From Candidatus Saccharimonadota bacterium (GTDB lineage: Bacteria > Patescibacteriota > Gracilibacteria > UBA4473): a stretch of DNA of 32,000 nucleotides. This document shows positions 8,290 through 16,703 of this stretch, piece after piece. Within the stretch, counting starts at the first letter, position 1, and every line of letters begins with the position of its first letter. Under the pieces are notes generated by a model, which had not been told where the DNA came from, did no database searches, and saw only the letters and a program-made list of their open reading frames with translations. Both the position numbers and the translations under genes were made by a program. Location: the NCBI GenBank assembly GCA_030429505.1, contig JAUIFI010000001.1, positions 90,001 to 122,000 of the forward strand. The letters are read 5' to 3'.

Positions 8290-8667
8290 ATGCGTATAGC
8301 CAATACAACCATTCCTTCCGATAAAAGAATTGTCATCAGCTTGACTTATATTTATGGGATCGGAAAAACTAGAGCTCATAGAGTTTGCCATAAGGCAAGG
8401 ATAAAAGAAGACACGAGAGTAAAAGACCTCACAAACGAACAAGAACAAAAGCTTCGAGATGCTCTCGCTGATCTTAAAGTTCCATTAGAAGCTGATCTGC
8501 GACGAGAAAAGTCACAAAACATTAAGCGATTACAAGACATCGGCTCTTACCGAGGGTTTAGACATAGAAGGAAATTGCCAGTTCGAGGACAGCGAACGAA
8601 AACTAATGCAAAAACCCGAAAGGGTCGAGGACGAGCAATTGCTGGTAAGAAAAAAGTAACGAAATAA
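8290..8667 (+). CDS. rpsM: 30S ribosomal protein S13
   Basis: MRIANTTIP...[30 protein letters not shown]. Conserved synteny. Confidence 0.95.
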   Translation: MRIANTTIPSDKRIVISLTYIYGIGKTRAHRVCHKARIKEDTRVKDLTNEQEQKLRDALADLKVPLEADLRREKSQNIKRLQDIGSYRGFRHRRKLPVRGQRTKTNAKTRKGRGRAIAGKKKVTK

Positions 8668-8668
8668 T

Positions 8669-9049
8669 ATGGTAAAAACAGCAAAAAAACGAATTCGAAA
8701 GACATTTGAGCACGGAAAGGTGTGCATTAGAGCAAACTATAACAACACGATTGTTACCTTGACCGATGCCGAAGGGAATGTACTAGGATGGAGTTCTCCT
8801 GGGGCTAATGGCTACAAGGGCGCTCGCCAAGCCACTCCCTATGCTGGTCAGATTTCAGCAGAAAAAGTAGCTGAACTCGCTTTGTCTTTTGGGATGAAGG
8901 ATGTTGACGTTTATGTGAAAGGTATGGGACCAGGTCGCGATCAGACTATTCGTGGGCTTATGAATGGGGGGCTAGGTATTACTTCTATTATCGAACGAAC
9001 TCGAGTTCCTCACGGAGGATGTCGATCTCGTCGTATTCGAAAAGTCTAA
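8669..9049 (+). CDS. rpsK: 30S ribosomal protein S11
   Basis: IRANYNNTIVTLTD, KGARQATPYAGQ, PHGGCRSRRIRKV. Confidence 0.95.
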   Translation: MVKTAKKRIRKTFEHGKVCIRANYNNTIVTLTDAEGNVLGWSSPGANGYKGARQATPYAGQISAEKVAELALSFGMKDVDVYVKGMGPGRDQTIRGLMNGGLGITSIIERTRVPHGGCRSRRIRKV

Positions 9050-9062
9050 TTAATAAAAACTA

Positions 9063-9677
9063 ATGAGATATACAGGACCAAAAGCACGGCTTTGTAGAAG
9101 AGAAGGGATAAATCTCTTTGGTTCAGCGAAATATCAAAAAATACTTCAACGAAGCCAGAATATTCCAGGACTTCATGGAGGGAAAAGATTGGGAAAACTT
9201 ACTGAATTTGGAAAACAACTTCGAGAAAAACAAAAAGCCAAACGAGCTTTTGGATTATCAGAAAAACAATTTAAACGTTACTATGAAAAAGCTGATCGCT
9301 CAAGAGGCGTGACTGGAGATGTGCTTTTTCAGCTTTTAGAAAGGAGATTAGACAATGTCTTGTATCGAAGTGGATTCGCGCTCACTCGAGCTCAAGCCAG
9401 ACAGTTTGTATCACATGGACTATTTTTACTCAATGATCGAAGAGTTGACGTTCCATCAATTCAAGTAAATGTCGGAGACATAATTCAAATTCGAGAAAAG
9501 AGTAAAGCTTCTCCTATCTTTACGAAAAATAAAGAAGAGCAAGGTGATTATGATGCACCTGAATGGCTCAAAGTAGATTCCAAAAAATTAACTATTGAAA
9601 TTATAGATCTTCCTTCAGAGAAGCATATTGAATCATTTGTTGATTCTCAACTTATCGTAGAATTTTACTCACGATAA
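9063..9677 (+). CDS. rpsD: 30S ribosomal protein S4
   Basis: MRYTGPKARLCRREG, S4 RNA-binding domain LERRLDNVLYRSGFALTRAQARQFVSHG. Confidence 0.95.
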   Translation: MRYTGPKARLCRREGINLFGSAKYQKILQRSQNIPGLHGGKRLGKLTEFGKQLREKQKAKRAFGLSEKQFKRYYEKADRSRGVTGDVLFQLLERRLDNVLYRSGFALTRAQARQFVSHGLFLLNDRRVDVPSIQVNVGDIIQIREKSKASPIFTKNKEEQGDYDAPEWLKVDSKKLTIEIIDLPSEKHIESFVDSQLIVEFYSR

Positions 9678-9702
9678 ACGTTTTTATAATTTTTTCCCTC
9701 AC

Positions 9703-10710
9703 ATGCATATACTTCATCAACAAATCGGCGCTCCAAAAATAAAGATAGAGGCGGACTCAAAAAACTCCGCAAAACTTATCATGACACCACTCCCTTCGGG
9801 ATATGGATCTACATTAGGGAATGCTATGCGTCGAGTACTTTTATCAAGTATTCCGGGAACAGCCGTTGTCGCTATGAAGATCGATGGAGTGTCTCACGAA
9901 TATTCTACACTCAAAGGTGTCAAAAACTCAGTTTTTGACATTATGCTCAATCTCCGAGAACTCAAACTTAAAAAACACTCAAAAGGAGTGGAAGTCGTTG
10001 AAATTCCATTCGTCAAATCAGGCGTTATTACCGCTAAAGATCTAAAAGTTTCCAGTGATATTGAGATTCTGGATCCTTCTCAAATTATTGCCACCTGTGA
10101 TGGAGCTGACCCCAAAAAGAAAATTTCTATTCGAGTTGAAAAAGGAGTCGGATACAAGCTTATTTCTAATGAAGACAACGCCAAAGAAGAAGATCCGGAA
10201 TACATTCTTATGGATGCAAACTTTTCTCCGGTACTTCACGTCTCCTACAAAGTCACTCCAGCCCGAGTAGGAGAGCAAACGAATCTTGATCAACTGGAAG
10301 TAGAAATAAAGACCGATGGTTCATTGGAAGCTGAAAGGACTCTTAAGCTAGCAGCAGGAATACTTCAAAGTTACTTTGAACTCTTTAATCGAGATGATGC
10401 TTATACCGATGAAGAATTTACGACTAGTTTTGATCAAATTAAAAAGCAAAAAGAAACAGAAGAAGCCGAAGCATCAGCCGCAGCGGAAGCTTCATTTACG
10501 CCTATTGATATTCTTGGACTATCCCAAAGAACCTTGAATGCACTCGTAAATGGTGGTATTACTTCTGTTGAACAATTAACCTCCACGCCTATGAAAATAC
10601 TATCGCAGTTGCGAGGATTTGGACAAAAAGCAAAAACGGAACTGGAACAAGTATTAGCAGAACGTGGCTACAGTCTACAGCCCTTGACTTCATCTCAAAC
10701 CGAATCATAG
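9703..10710 (+). CDS. rpoA: DNA-directed RNA polymerase alpha subunit
   Basis: 335 aa. GYGSTLGNAMRRVLLSSIPG N-terminal domain. C-terminal HhH domain ILGLSQRTLNALVNGGITSVEQL. Confidence 0.95.
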   Translation: MHILHQQIGAPKIKIEADSKNSAKLIMTPLPSGYGSTLGNAMRRVLLSSIPGTAVVAMKIDGVSHEYSTLKGVKNSVFDIMLNLRELKLKKHSKGVEVVEIPFVKSGVITAKDLKVSSDIEILDPSQIIATCDGADPKKKISIRVEKGVGYKLISNEDNAKEEDPEYILMDANFSPVLHVSYKVTPARVGEQTNLDQLEVEIKTDGSLEAERTLKLAAGILQSYFELFNRDDAYTDEEFTTSFDQIKKQKETEEAEASAAAEASFTPIDILGLSQRTLNALVNGGITSVEQLTSTPMKILSQLRGFGQKAKTELEQVLAERGYSLQPLTSSQTES

Positions 10711-10713
10711 ATC

Positions 10714-11076
10714 ATGAGACATAGAAATACGAAATCTATCCTTAATAAACCTGCAGATCAACGCAAAGCTTTGATGCGCAATTTACTTACATCGCTTTTT
10801 CTATATGGAAAAGTGAAAACTACAGGCGCAAAAGCGAAAGCCCTAGTAACTGCTGCCGACAAACTTATTGCAACCGCAAAAAGGCAGTCAGAAGAATTTA
10901 ATACCATTCGAGAGCTAAAAAAAGTGCTCTTTACTGAAGAATCATCCAAAAAAGCACTACAATATATAAAACAAAGTAAGAAAAAGTCAGGTTTTACACG
11001 CCCTGTTAAACTCAAATTTCGAGATGGAGATAGTGCTGTGGTCGTTCAGGTAGAACTTATCCAAGAAGAATCATGA
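10714..11076 (+). CDS. rplQ: 50S ribosomal protein L17
   Basis: MRHRNTKSILNKPADQRKALMRNL...TTGAKAK. ATGA overlap with rplM. Confidence 0.95.
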   Translation: MRHRNTKSILNKPADQRKALMRNLLTSLFLYGKVKTTGAKAKALVTAADKLIATAKRQSEEFNTIRELKKVLFTEESSKKALQYIKQSKKKSGFTRPVKLKFRDGDSAVVVQVELIQEES

Positions 11077-11516
11077 AAAAAACAACCTTGAGACAAAACG
11101 TACAAACAAGTGATCGACAATGGTATATTATCGATGCCAAAGATCAACGCATAGGAATTTTAGCAACTAAAATTGCTCGAGTACTGACTGGCAAACATAG
11201 AGCTGATTTCACCCCTCACGCCGATGGAGGTGATTACGTTGTTGTACTGAACGCTGAAAAAATCCAAAGTTCTGGTAAAAAAGAAGAAGATAAAAAATAT
11301 TACCGTCATTCACGGTACTTTGGGAACCTTAAAACTACTACTTTAGCAGAAATGCGAGTTAAACATCCAAATAGGATTTTACAAAAAGCTGTTGCTGGAA
11401 TGCTCCCCAAAACTAAACTCAGAAAAAATCAGCTTAAACGACTTCATCTTGTAATAGGTGAAGAAAATCCTCATGCAGCCCAAAAGCCAATATCCTTACC
11501 ACTTGAAACCCTATGA
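11073..11516 (+). CDS. rplM: 50S ribosomal protein L13
   Basis: WYIIDAKDQRIGILATKIARVLTGKHRADFTPH, MLPKTKLRKNQLKRLHL. Confidence 0.95.
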   Translation: MKKTTLRQNVQTSDRQWYIIDAKDQRIGILATKIARVLTGKHRADFTPHADGGDYVVVLNAEKIQSSGKKEEDKKYYRHSRYFGNLKTTTLAEMRVKHPNRILQKAVAGMLPKTKLRKNQLKRLHLVIGEENPHAAQKPISLPLETL

Positions 11517-11911
11517 AAAATAAAGCTTATTTTTATGCTATCGGAAGACGGAAGACTGCCAGAGCGACAGTAAAGGTATTCTTTTCTGGAAAAGGAGATA
11601 TTTTGGTAGATGAAAAAAAGCTTACTGACTGGGCTGATGATAGATCTATAGTTCACCAGTCAATGCGACCACTTGAACTTTTAGGACTCAAAAAAGATGT
11701 AGATATTCAGATAAAAACCTCAGGGGGAGGAAAAAAAGCTCAGGCTGAATCAATTTCTCTGGGTATAGCCAGAGCTTTGGTCAAAAAAGATACATCCTTC
11801 CGTCAGCAACTCAAAGATGCAGGGCTCCTTACTCGAGACCCTAGGCGAAAAGAACGAAAAAAACCAGGTCTCAGAAAAGCACGAAGGGCTCCACAATTCT
11901 CAAAACGGTAA
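11513..11911 (+). CDS. rpsI: 30S ribosomal protein S9
   Basis: YAIGRRKTARA, TSGGGKKAQAESISLGIARAL, C-terminal RRAPQFSKR. ATGA overlap with rplM. Confidence 0.95.
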   Translation: MKNKAYFYAIGRRKTARATVKVFFSGKGDILVDEKKLTDWADDRSIVHQSMRPLELLGLKKDVDIQIKTSGGGKKAQAESISLGIARALVKKDTSFRQQLKDAGLLTRDPRRKERKKPGLRKARRAPQFSKR

Positions 11912-11997
11912 AGTAAAAATACTTCTTTATTTTCACAAGATTTAGTTTCTCCATTCAGAGAGATGTATTTTATATATTTAAAAGAGCATATTTTTCC

Positions 11998-12025
11998 TTG
12001 AAACTAAAAAAAAATATGGTATAAT
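11998..12025 (+). promoter_or_regulatory. strong candidate promoter of the 721-aa gene
   Basis: TTGAAA 11998-12003, 16-nt spacer, extended -10 TGgTATAAT (12017-12025). Confidence 0.6.
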
Positions 12026-12051
12026 CAAAGGATATAGTAAGTGAAAAAGAC

Positions 12052-14217
12052 ATGAAAATAGTTTCATTCCTTGATAGTATTACTGAAAACTCTACAAAAT
12101 ATATATTTCAGCAGCTACCATCTGGTGGTGAAAAAGCTCGAAAATTGGAAGTAGTAAGTGAGGAAGAAAGTATAAAAGCATTAATTGAAGAAGTAGAATC
12201 TCAGGAATATCAAGCAGCCACAAAATCAGATTTGGAAAGTATAACTCCATCTCCTAATATTGATTTCAATATTCAGGGCATTAAAGCCTTAGAAACTCCT
12301 AGAATCTACACGCTTCGACTCCCGGGAGAGAAAAAAATTACATTTCCTGTCGATGCTATAATGGTAAGAAAAGTAGTATTTGAAGGAGGTTCAAGAAACG
12401 AAAATTATTTTGTCCTCAAAGGAAAAGATAATCAAAAACTCTGTCTCATTCTTTCTGGGGCCAGCAATTTTCGTTTTTCCAATTATGAAGTTCAGAATGG
12501 AACGATTATAGAAATACCATCAGCAGTTGAACAAAGCCAATCTCAATTAGAAGCATCAGACAAAAAGATAAAAAAAGTCATTACTATTGGACCAAATGGA
12601 ACGAATACACAAGAAAAACCAAAAGAAAAACCAGTAGATTATGACAACATGCTCTGGGGAGGCGAAAGCGCACAAGAAGAATCAGAAGAAAACGGAGGCG
12701 AAAAAAAAAATGAAACATCAAATCCAAGCGAAGAGGGAGAAGTAGGTCAAATAGAACAAGAGGTAGATACTGACACAGAAACCCCACCCAAAAGAGATAC
12801 CCCTTCAAAATCAACAGAACCAGAATATACTGGAAATCCCGAAACTAAAGAAAATAAAAACACCGAATCAGAAAGTAATTGGGTGACAGTACAAATATCT
12901 GCTGGAGCAGAATATAGAGAATCTCCGGATTTAAGACCTACTGAAGTCCTCGATGTGTCTCATACAGAAGGAGCTCTTCGATTAGCAAGTGACATTGGGA
13001 TCATAGATTCCGATAAGCTTGCTGATCAATTAGCAAAGGTTTCTTCAGTAGTTGAGAATAATCAAACCAGATCAACCATTCAGGAAAAAATAGAAAGTTA
13101 CAAACAGAAAGAAATAAGTTATACGGATCTTGTATCTGCTATTACACAAGTTGTAAATGGATTAAGTCCAAAAGAAAAAGATGATGCCCTAGAGATCATT
13201 AATACAGTAAAAGAAGAACATGAAACTCTTCTCAAGAATGTAAAAAACTTGGAACAGGGAAGTGTCGAAGCAGTAGTAGACGCGGTACAAAACTCAGCTG
13301 ATTTATATGGAAGTTTTTTAGGATCGCTTGATCATCGAATGAATGATATGCTCAGAAATGTTCAAAATACTACCGAACAGAATGGATTAGGAGGAGGGCT
13401 AGCTCTCACTGGCTACTATAATCAACATACTTTCAATACAGCTTCTCCGTATGGTAGCGGAGGGATAGCAGGAGCACTTCGTTTAGGAGATTTTCGCTTT
13501 TCTACCGCTTTGGAAATAAATCCAGAGCCTCTTGATGTTCCACTCTCAAACGGAAATAGACTAAAGCTAGCACCTGGTAGCATGGGGGCTGTAGAGATAG
13601 CAATGACTCCTCAGCTCTTTGGTGATAATGTAGAAACATTCCTTGGTGTGAGAGGTTTATTTACTGGTATTGAAGATTTTTATTTCGAAGATAACAAAAA
13701 CAGAATTAATTCTTATCATATTCTCCTTCCAGAAGGAGCTTCTATGAATAATCCAGTTACCCAAAATAAAGAAATTCCTCTTGGAGGGATAACAGTGCCT
13801 TTTGGGGTGAATATTCATGGAAATGAAAGAGATTGGAATATCGGAATCGGGGGAAGTGCGCTTTTCAATGAGCTGATGCCAACTGTTTTATTGAAAGCAC
13901 AAGGAGCGATCGGAAAAGAAAATATGTATCCAAATGGCGGATGGCTTTTAGCAGGATCTATTGAAAGAGTTATGCAAGAAGGGGCTCCCACTATGTATAG
14001 AGTTTTCGGAAGGACTGCGGATTTTATTGATGGTACTTTTAATATAGTTTCCGGCGTGCAAGGAAGGCTTGATCAAGCTCCAGAACTTATTGGAGGAATA
14101 AACACGAATTTAGGCATACTAACACTAAATATGACCTATACTAATAACCTTGCAAAAGGAAATACTGCATCGCAAGGTTTTGCATTTACTGCCTCAGTAA
14201 TTATGCCTGGTTCCTAA
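12052..14217 (+). CDS. large hypothetical protein: N-terminal domain, acidic/Pro-Thr-rich linker, coiled-coil-like segment, Gly-rich beta-strand C-terminal half
   Basis: 721-aa uninterrupted ORF with its own promoter and terminator. In-frame TAA upstream fixes the start. No signal peptide. C-terminal ~290 aa show about 10-12 amphipathic beta-strand segments. Confidence 0.7.
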   Translation: MKIVSFLDSITENSTKYIFQQLPSGGEKARKLEVVSEEESIKALIEEVESQEYQAATKSDLESITPSPNIDFNIQGIKALETPRIYTLRLPGEKKITFPVDAIMVRKVVFEGGSRNENYFVLKGKDNQKLCLILSGASNFRFSNYEVQNGTIIEIPSAVEQSQSQLEASDKKIKKVITIGPNGTNTQEKPKEKPVDYDNMLWGGESAQEESEENGGEKKNETSNPSEEGEVGQIEQEVDTDTETPPKRDTPSKSTEPEYTGNPETKENKNTESESNWVTVQISAGAEYRESPDLRPTEVLDVSHTEGALRLASDIGIIDSDKLADQLAKVSSVVENNQTRSTIQEKIESYKQKEISYTDLVSAITQVVNGLSPKEKDDALEIINTVKEEHETLLKNVKNLEQGSVEAVVDAVQNSADLYGSFLGSLDHRMNDMLRNVQNTTEQNGLGGGLALTGYYNQHTFNTASPYGSGGIAGALRLGDFRFSTALEINPEPLDVPLSNGNRLKLAPGSMGAVEIAMTPQLFGDNVETFLGVRGLFTGIEDFYFEDNKNRINSYHILLPEGASMNNPVTQNKEIPLGGITVPFGVNIHGNERDWNIGIGGSALFNELMPTVLLKAQGAIGKENMYPNGGWLLAGSIERVMQEGAPTMYRVFGRTADFIDGTFNIVSGVQGRLDQAPELIGGINTNLGILTLNMTYTNNLAKGNTASQGFAFTASVIMPGS

Positions 14218-14258
14218 AATTTTTAAAGGTAACTATCGCATATTACAGGCAAAGAAAG

Positions 14259-14283
14259 GAAAAGAGTTCAGTCTTTTCTTTGG
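14259..14283 (+). terminator. intrinsic terminator after the 721-aa gene
   Basis: GAAAAGA-gttcag-TCTTTTC followed by TTTGGG (T-rich 3' side). Confidence 0.55.
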
Positions 14284-14302
14284 GAAAAATACTTGGATCC
14301 GG

Positions 14303-14358
14303 ATGTCAGTTATACTTTGTCTCTCCAAGACCGAACTCTAATGACTGATATATTTTTT
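14303..14358 (+). terminator. second terminator-like hairpin with T6 tract
   Basis: 11-bp stem 14303-14313/14341-14351 (two G-U pairs) enclosing a mini-hairpin GTCT/AGAC, then A-TTTTTT at 14352-14358. Confidence 0.45.
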
Positions 14359-14547
14359 AACAACACCCCTTTTCTCTTTATTGCCTGCAGTCATGGAATA
14401 ACTGCCTTTTTAAATAATTTATTCCTTCTGAAGAAATATATTCATTTGGAGTGTTTTTTGTACCTCTTCAGACAAATCTACCGTAGTTCTAGTCATAAAT
14501 GTTGTCTATAAATGATTTCGTTATAGCACAAAAGATTTGAACCAAAG

Positions 14548-14575
14548 TTGATTTTATAACATTCAGCGCTATGCT
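14548..14575 (+). promoter_or_regulatory. candidate efp promoter
   Basis: TTGATT 14548-14553, 16-nt spacer, TATGCT 14570-14575. Confidence 0.35.
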
Positions 14576-14598
14576 ATCTCCACTATAAAAAAGAAAAT

Positions 14599-15162
14599 AT
14601 GCTTGGTATTACTGATTTAAAAGTAGGAACAAAGATTACACTCGATGGGCAACCGTATGTCGTCACTTGGAATCAACACTCTAAACAAGCTAGAGGGGCT
14701 GGGGTCATGAAAACAAAACTCAAAAACCTCATCACAGGGGCAGCTTTAGAGAGAACTTTTCAGGGATCAGACAAGATTGATCCAGCCGATATCGGTTTTA
14801 GAAAAGCTCAATTTCTTTACGCTCAAGGCGATGATTTCCAGTTTATGGATCAGGAAACTTATGAAACGATTAGCTTACCAAAAACAAAACTAGGAGAAGC
14901 TATTTCCTTCTTGACCGATGGTATGGATGTCGACCTACTCTACTTTGAAAAAAATCCTATCAATATCCAACTTCCACCCAAAATGACTTTTACTGTCACA
15001 CAAACCGATCCAGGTGTCAAAGGGGATACGGCCCAAGGTGGGAGTAAGCCAGCCGTGATAGAAACTGGCTACACCGTCAAAGTACCTCTTTTTATTAATA
15101 AAGACGATAAAATTGTCATCAACACAGATTCCGGGGAATACGTAGAAAGAGCTAAATCCTAG
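14599..15162 (+). CDS. efp: elongation factor P (Arg32 loop type)
   Basis: 187 aa. Three-domain EF-P pattern (DLKVGTKITLDGQPYVV, QFMDQETYE, KPAVIETG..VKVPLFI). Loop tip reads SKQARGAG, with Arg at residue 32 (codon 14692-14694). Confidence 0.95.
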   Translation: MLGITDLKVGTKITLDGQPYVVTWNQHSKQARGAGVMKTKLKNLITGAALERTFQGSDKIDPADIGFRKAQFLYAQGDDFQFMDQETYETISLPKTKLGEAISFLTDGMDVDLLYFEKNPINIQLPPKMTFTVTQTDPGVKGDTAQGGSKPAVIETGYTVKVPLFINKDDKIVINTDSGEYVERAKS

Positions 15163-15194
15163 ATCTTTCTTAATTTTGCATTGATAATTGAAGT

Positions 15195-15779
15195 GTGATC
15201 ATCGATAATTCCAACATGGAGATAGCTTTGACATGGAATCTCGTCCTACTCGCCATTTTGAGTATGCTTTTTGCCTACAATTTTTTGCTGGGACAAAATT
15301 CAACCATAAAACTATCACTTTCCATTTATATTGCCATGTTTACCGCTGATGGAGTGGCAAAAATTATTAAAGATATACTTTTTGAAAATTCTGCTACGCT
15401 CCAATCTCTTTTTGGAGCATATGAAATGGATATTTTTCGTGTTATGAGAGTAGGTCTGTTTTTGATAGCCATTATCATTTTTGTCGTTAAAGGAGCTTTT
15501 CATATATCTCTTAACAATCAAGAACACTGGGGCTTACGTATGCTGGTGCAAATGTTATTTGCGCTACTCTCAGCCATGCTTTTACTTGCAACTATTCTGA
15601 TTTATTTATCAGGCAATTCTTTTGTCGAAGGTATTATTTTTGCTCGCGAGATAAAAATATTTGGGGACTCTCTCATAGCACAAATACTAATCGATTATTA
15701 TCAAGTCTGGTTTACACTTCCTGCCATAGCATTCTTAGTGACGAGCTTTCTATCTACCTCCTCAAACAAAAGAGACTAA
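15195..15779 (+). CDS. hypothetical polytopic membrane protein
   Basis: 194 aa from a GTG start (alternative ATG at 15216). About five hydrophobic segments. No recognisable family. Confidence 0.55.
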   Translation: MIIDNSNMEIALTWNLVLLAILSMLFAYNFLLGQNSTIKLSLSIYIAMFTADGVAKIIKDILFENSATLQSLFGAYEMDIFRVMRVGLFLIAIIIFVVKGAFHISLNNQEHWGLRMLVQMLFALLSAMLLLATILIYLSGNSFVEGIIFAREIKIFGDSLIAQILIDYYQVWFTLPAIAFLVTSFLSTSSNKRD

Positions 15780-16696
15780 AAAAGTGCTCCTTGAAAAGCA
15801 GTGCTGAGATTGAGACCAGGAGGCTTTTCTGAAAAATCAATCTCCATACCTGTTAAATCTTTGGCACATAGGACAATAAACTCATCAGGAATTTCTAAAA
15901 TAAGAAAAGGACCCTTTATCGCTCGAATAATTCCAGACACAGATTCTCCTTGAGAAAGTTCTACAGAATGGAGGCTTTTGGGAGACTGCATAACTTCACA
16001 TAAATGATAAACACTATCCCAATCCACAAATTCAGACTTTTCCAATAAAAAATCTTTCAGTACCGGATACTCAGAAAAAATGCTTTTGTGCTGTACAAAA
16101 ATTTCTTCCAGTAGAGCCTTCCCTTCTGAATCTGATATCTCTGGCATAAGAAGATCTTTTTTGCGTGACACCTTTACCTTATCTTGCAGACCATTATTAC
16201 GAATCAGGGTTTCTATTTGTCGAGCTTTAATACCATCAGGAGTCTCTGCGATAAAAGCCGTAAAATGAGCTCCTTGCTCAATCTGTCGCAATACTTTTCT
16301 TGTTTTTTTTGCCACGCCTACTTTAATAATATTCGTATCAAAAAGAGCGAGGTAGACTACATGAGGACCTGAAATTTTATCTAAGTCAGAAGGCGAGAGG
16401 TGTTGTTCATCAAAACCGTCAAATACAGTAAAAACAAAACTATCCTTTCTTTCACGTGCCTTACACAAATCACATTTTGCTTTTCCAGTAGTTTTTTCAG
16501 GACAAGGTTTCCAAATACCCTCACTGCAACTTCCTGCACACGAAATATCTGAGCAAACTTCAACTGCTAGTGTGTCTCCAATACGAAGAGGCTTTTTTCC
16601 AAAGCGTCCATTTACATCAGCTTGAAACTCAACCGTGTCGCGATCAATCCACCGGAAGTCATACATATGGACTTTCATGTGTATTTTCCTTACCAT
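15776..16696 (-). CDS. DUF2797-like protein (N-terminal Cys-rich zinc-ribbon-like region plus conserved HVVYLA..KVG..R..EQGA core)
   Basis: 306 aa. Cys cluster CSDISCAGSC...CPEK...CDLC. Core GPHVVYLALFDTNIIKVGVAKKTRKVLRQIEQGAHF matches my recollection of the DUF2797 signature (H-VYLA...KVGIT-R...RW-DQGA). The start may be a downstream Met. Confidence 0.65.
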   Translation of the reverse strand: MVRKIHMKVHMYDFRWIDRDTVEFQADVNGRFGKKPLRIGDTLAVEVCSDISCAGSCSEGIWKPCPEKTTGKAKCDLCKARERKDSFVFTVFDGFDEQHLSPSDLDKISGPHVVYLALFDTNIIKVGVAKKTRKVLRQIEQGAHFTAFIAETPDGIKARQIETLIRNNGLQDKVKVSRKKDLLMPEISDSEGKALLEEIFVQHKSIFSEYPVLKDFLLEKSEFVDWDSVYHLCEVMQSPKSLHSVELSQGESVSGIIRAIKGPFLILEIPDEFIVLCAKDLTGMEIDFSEKPPGLNLSTAFQGALF

Positions 16697-16703
16697 TTCT
16701 AGG

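Noticed and set aside
8135-8292. CCTC immediately abutting the ATG of rpmJ (AACCTCATG), rpsM (TTCCTCATG) and livF (27070-27079, TTCCTCATG), with similar pyrimidine motifs near the thyA and rpoA starts.
   Set aside because: Three exact instances among about 40 starts is suggestive but underpowered. I cannot compute genome-wide enrichment here, and there is no known mechanism. Worth a k-mer enrichment test at positions -4..-1 before making any claim.
14293-14511. 72-aa ORF in the spacer between the 721-aa gene and efp.
   Set aside because: It needs a TTG start and has no SD or promoter context. It runs straight through two terminator-like hairpins, and the peptide is Phe/Leu-rich AT-bias noise. 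The spacer is better explained by terminators plus the efp promoter.
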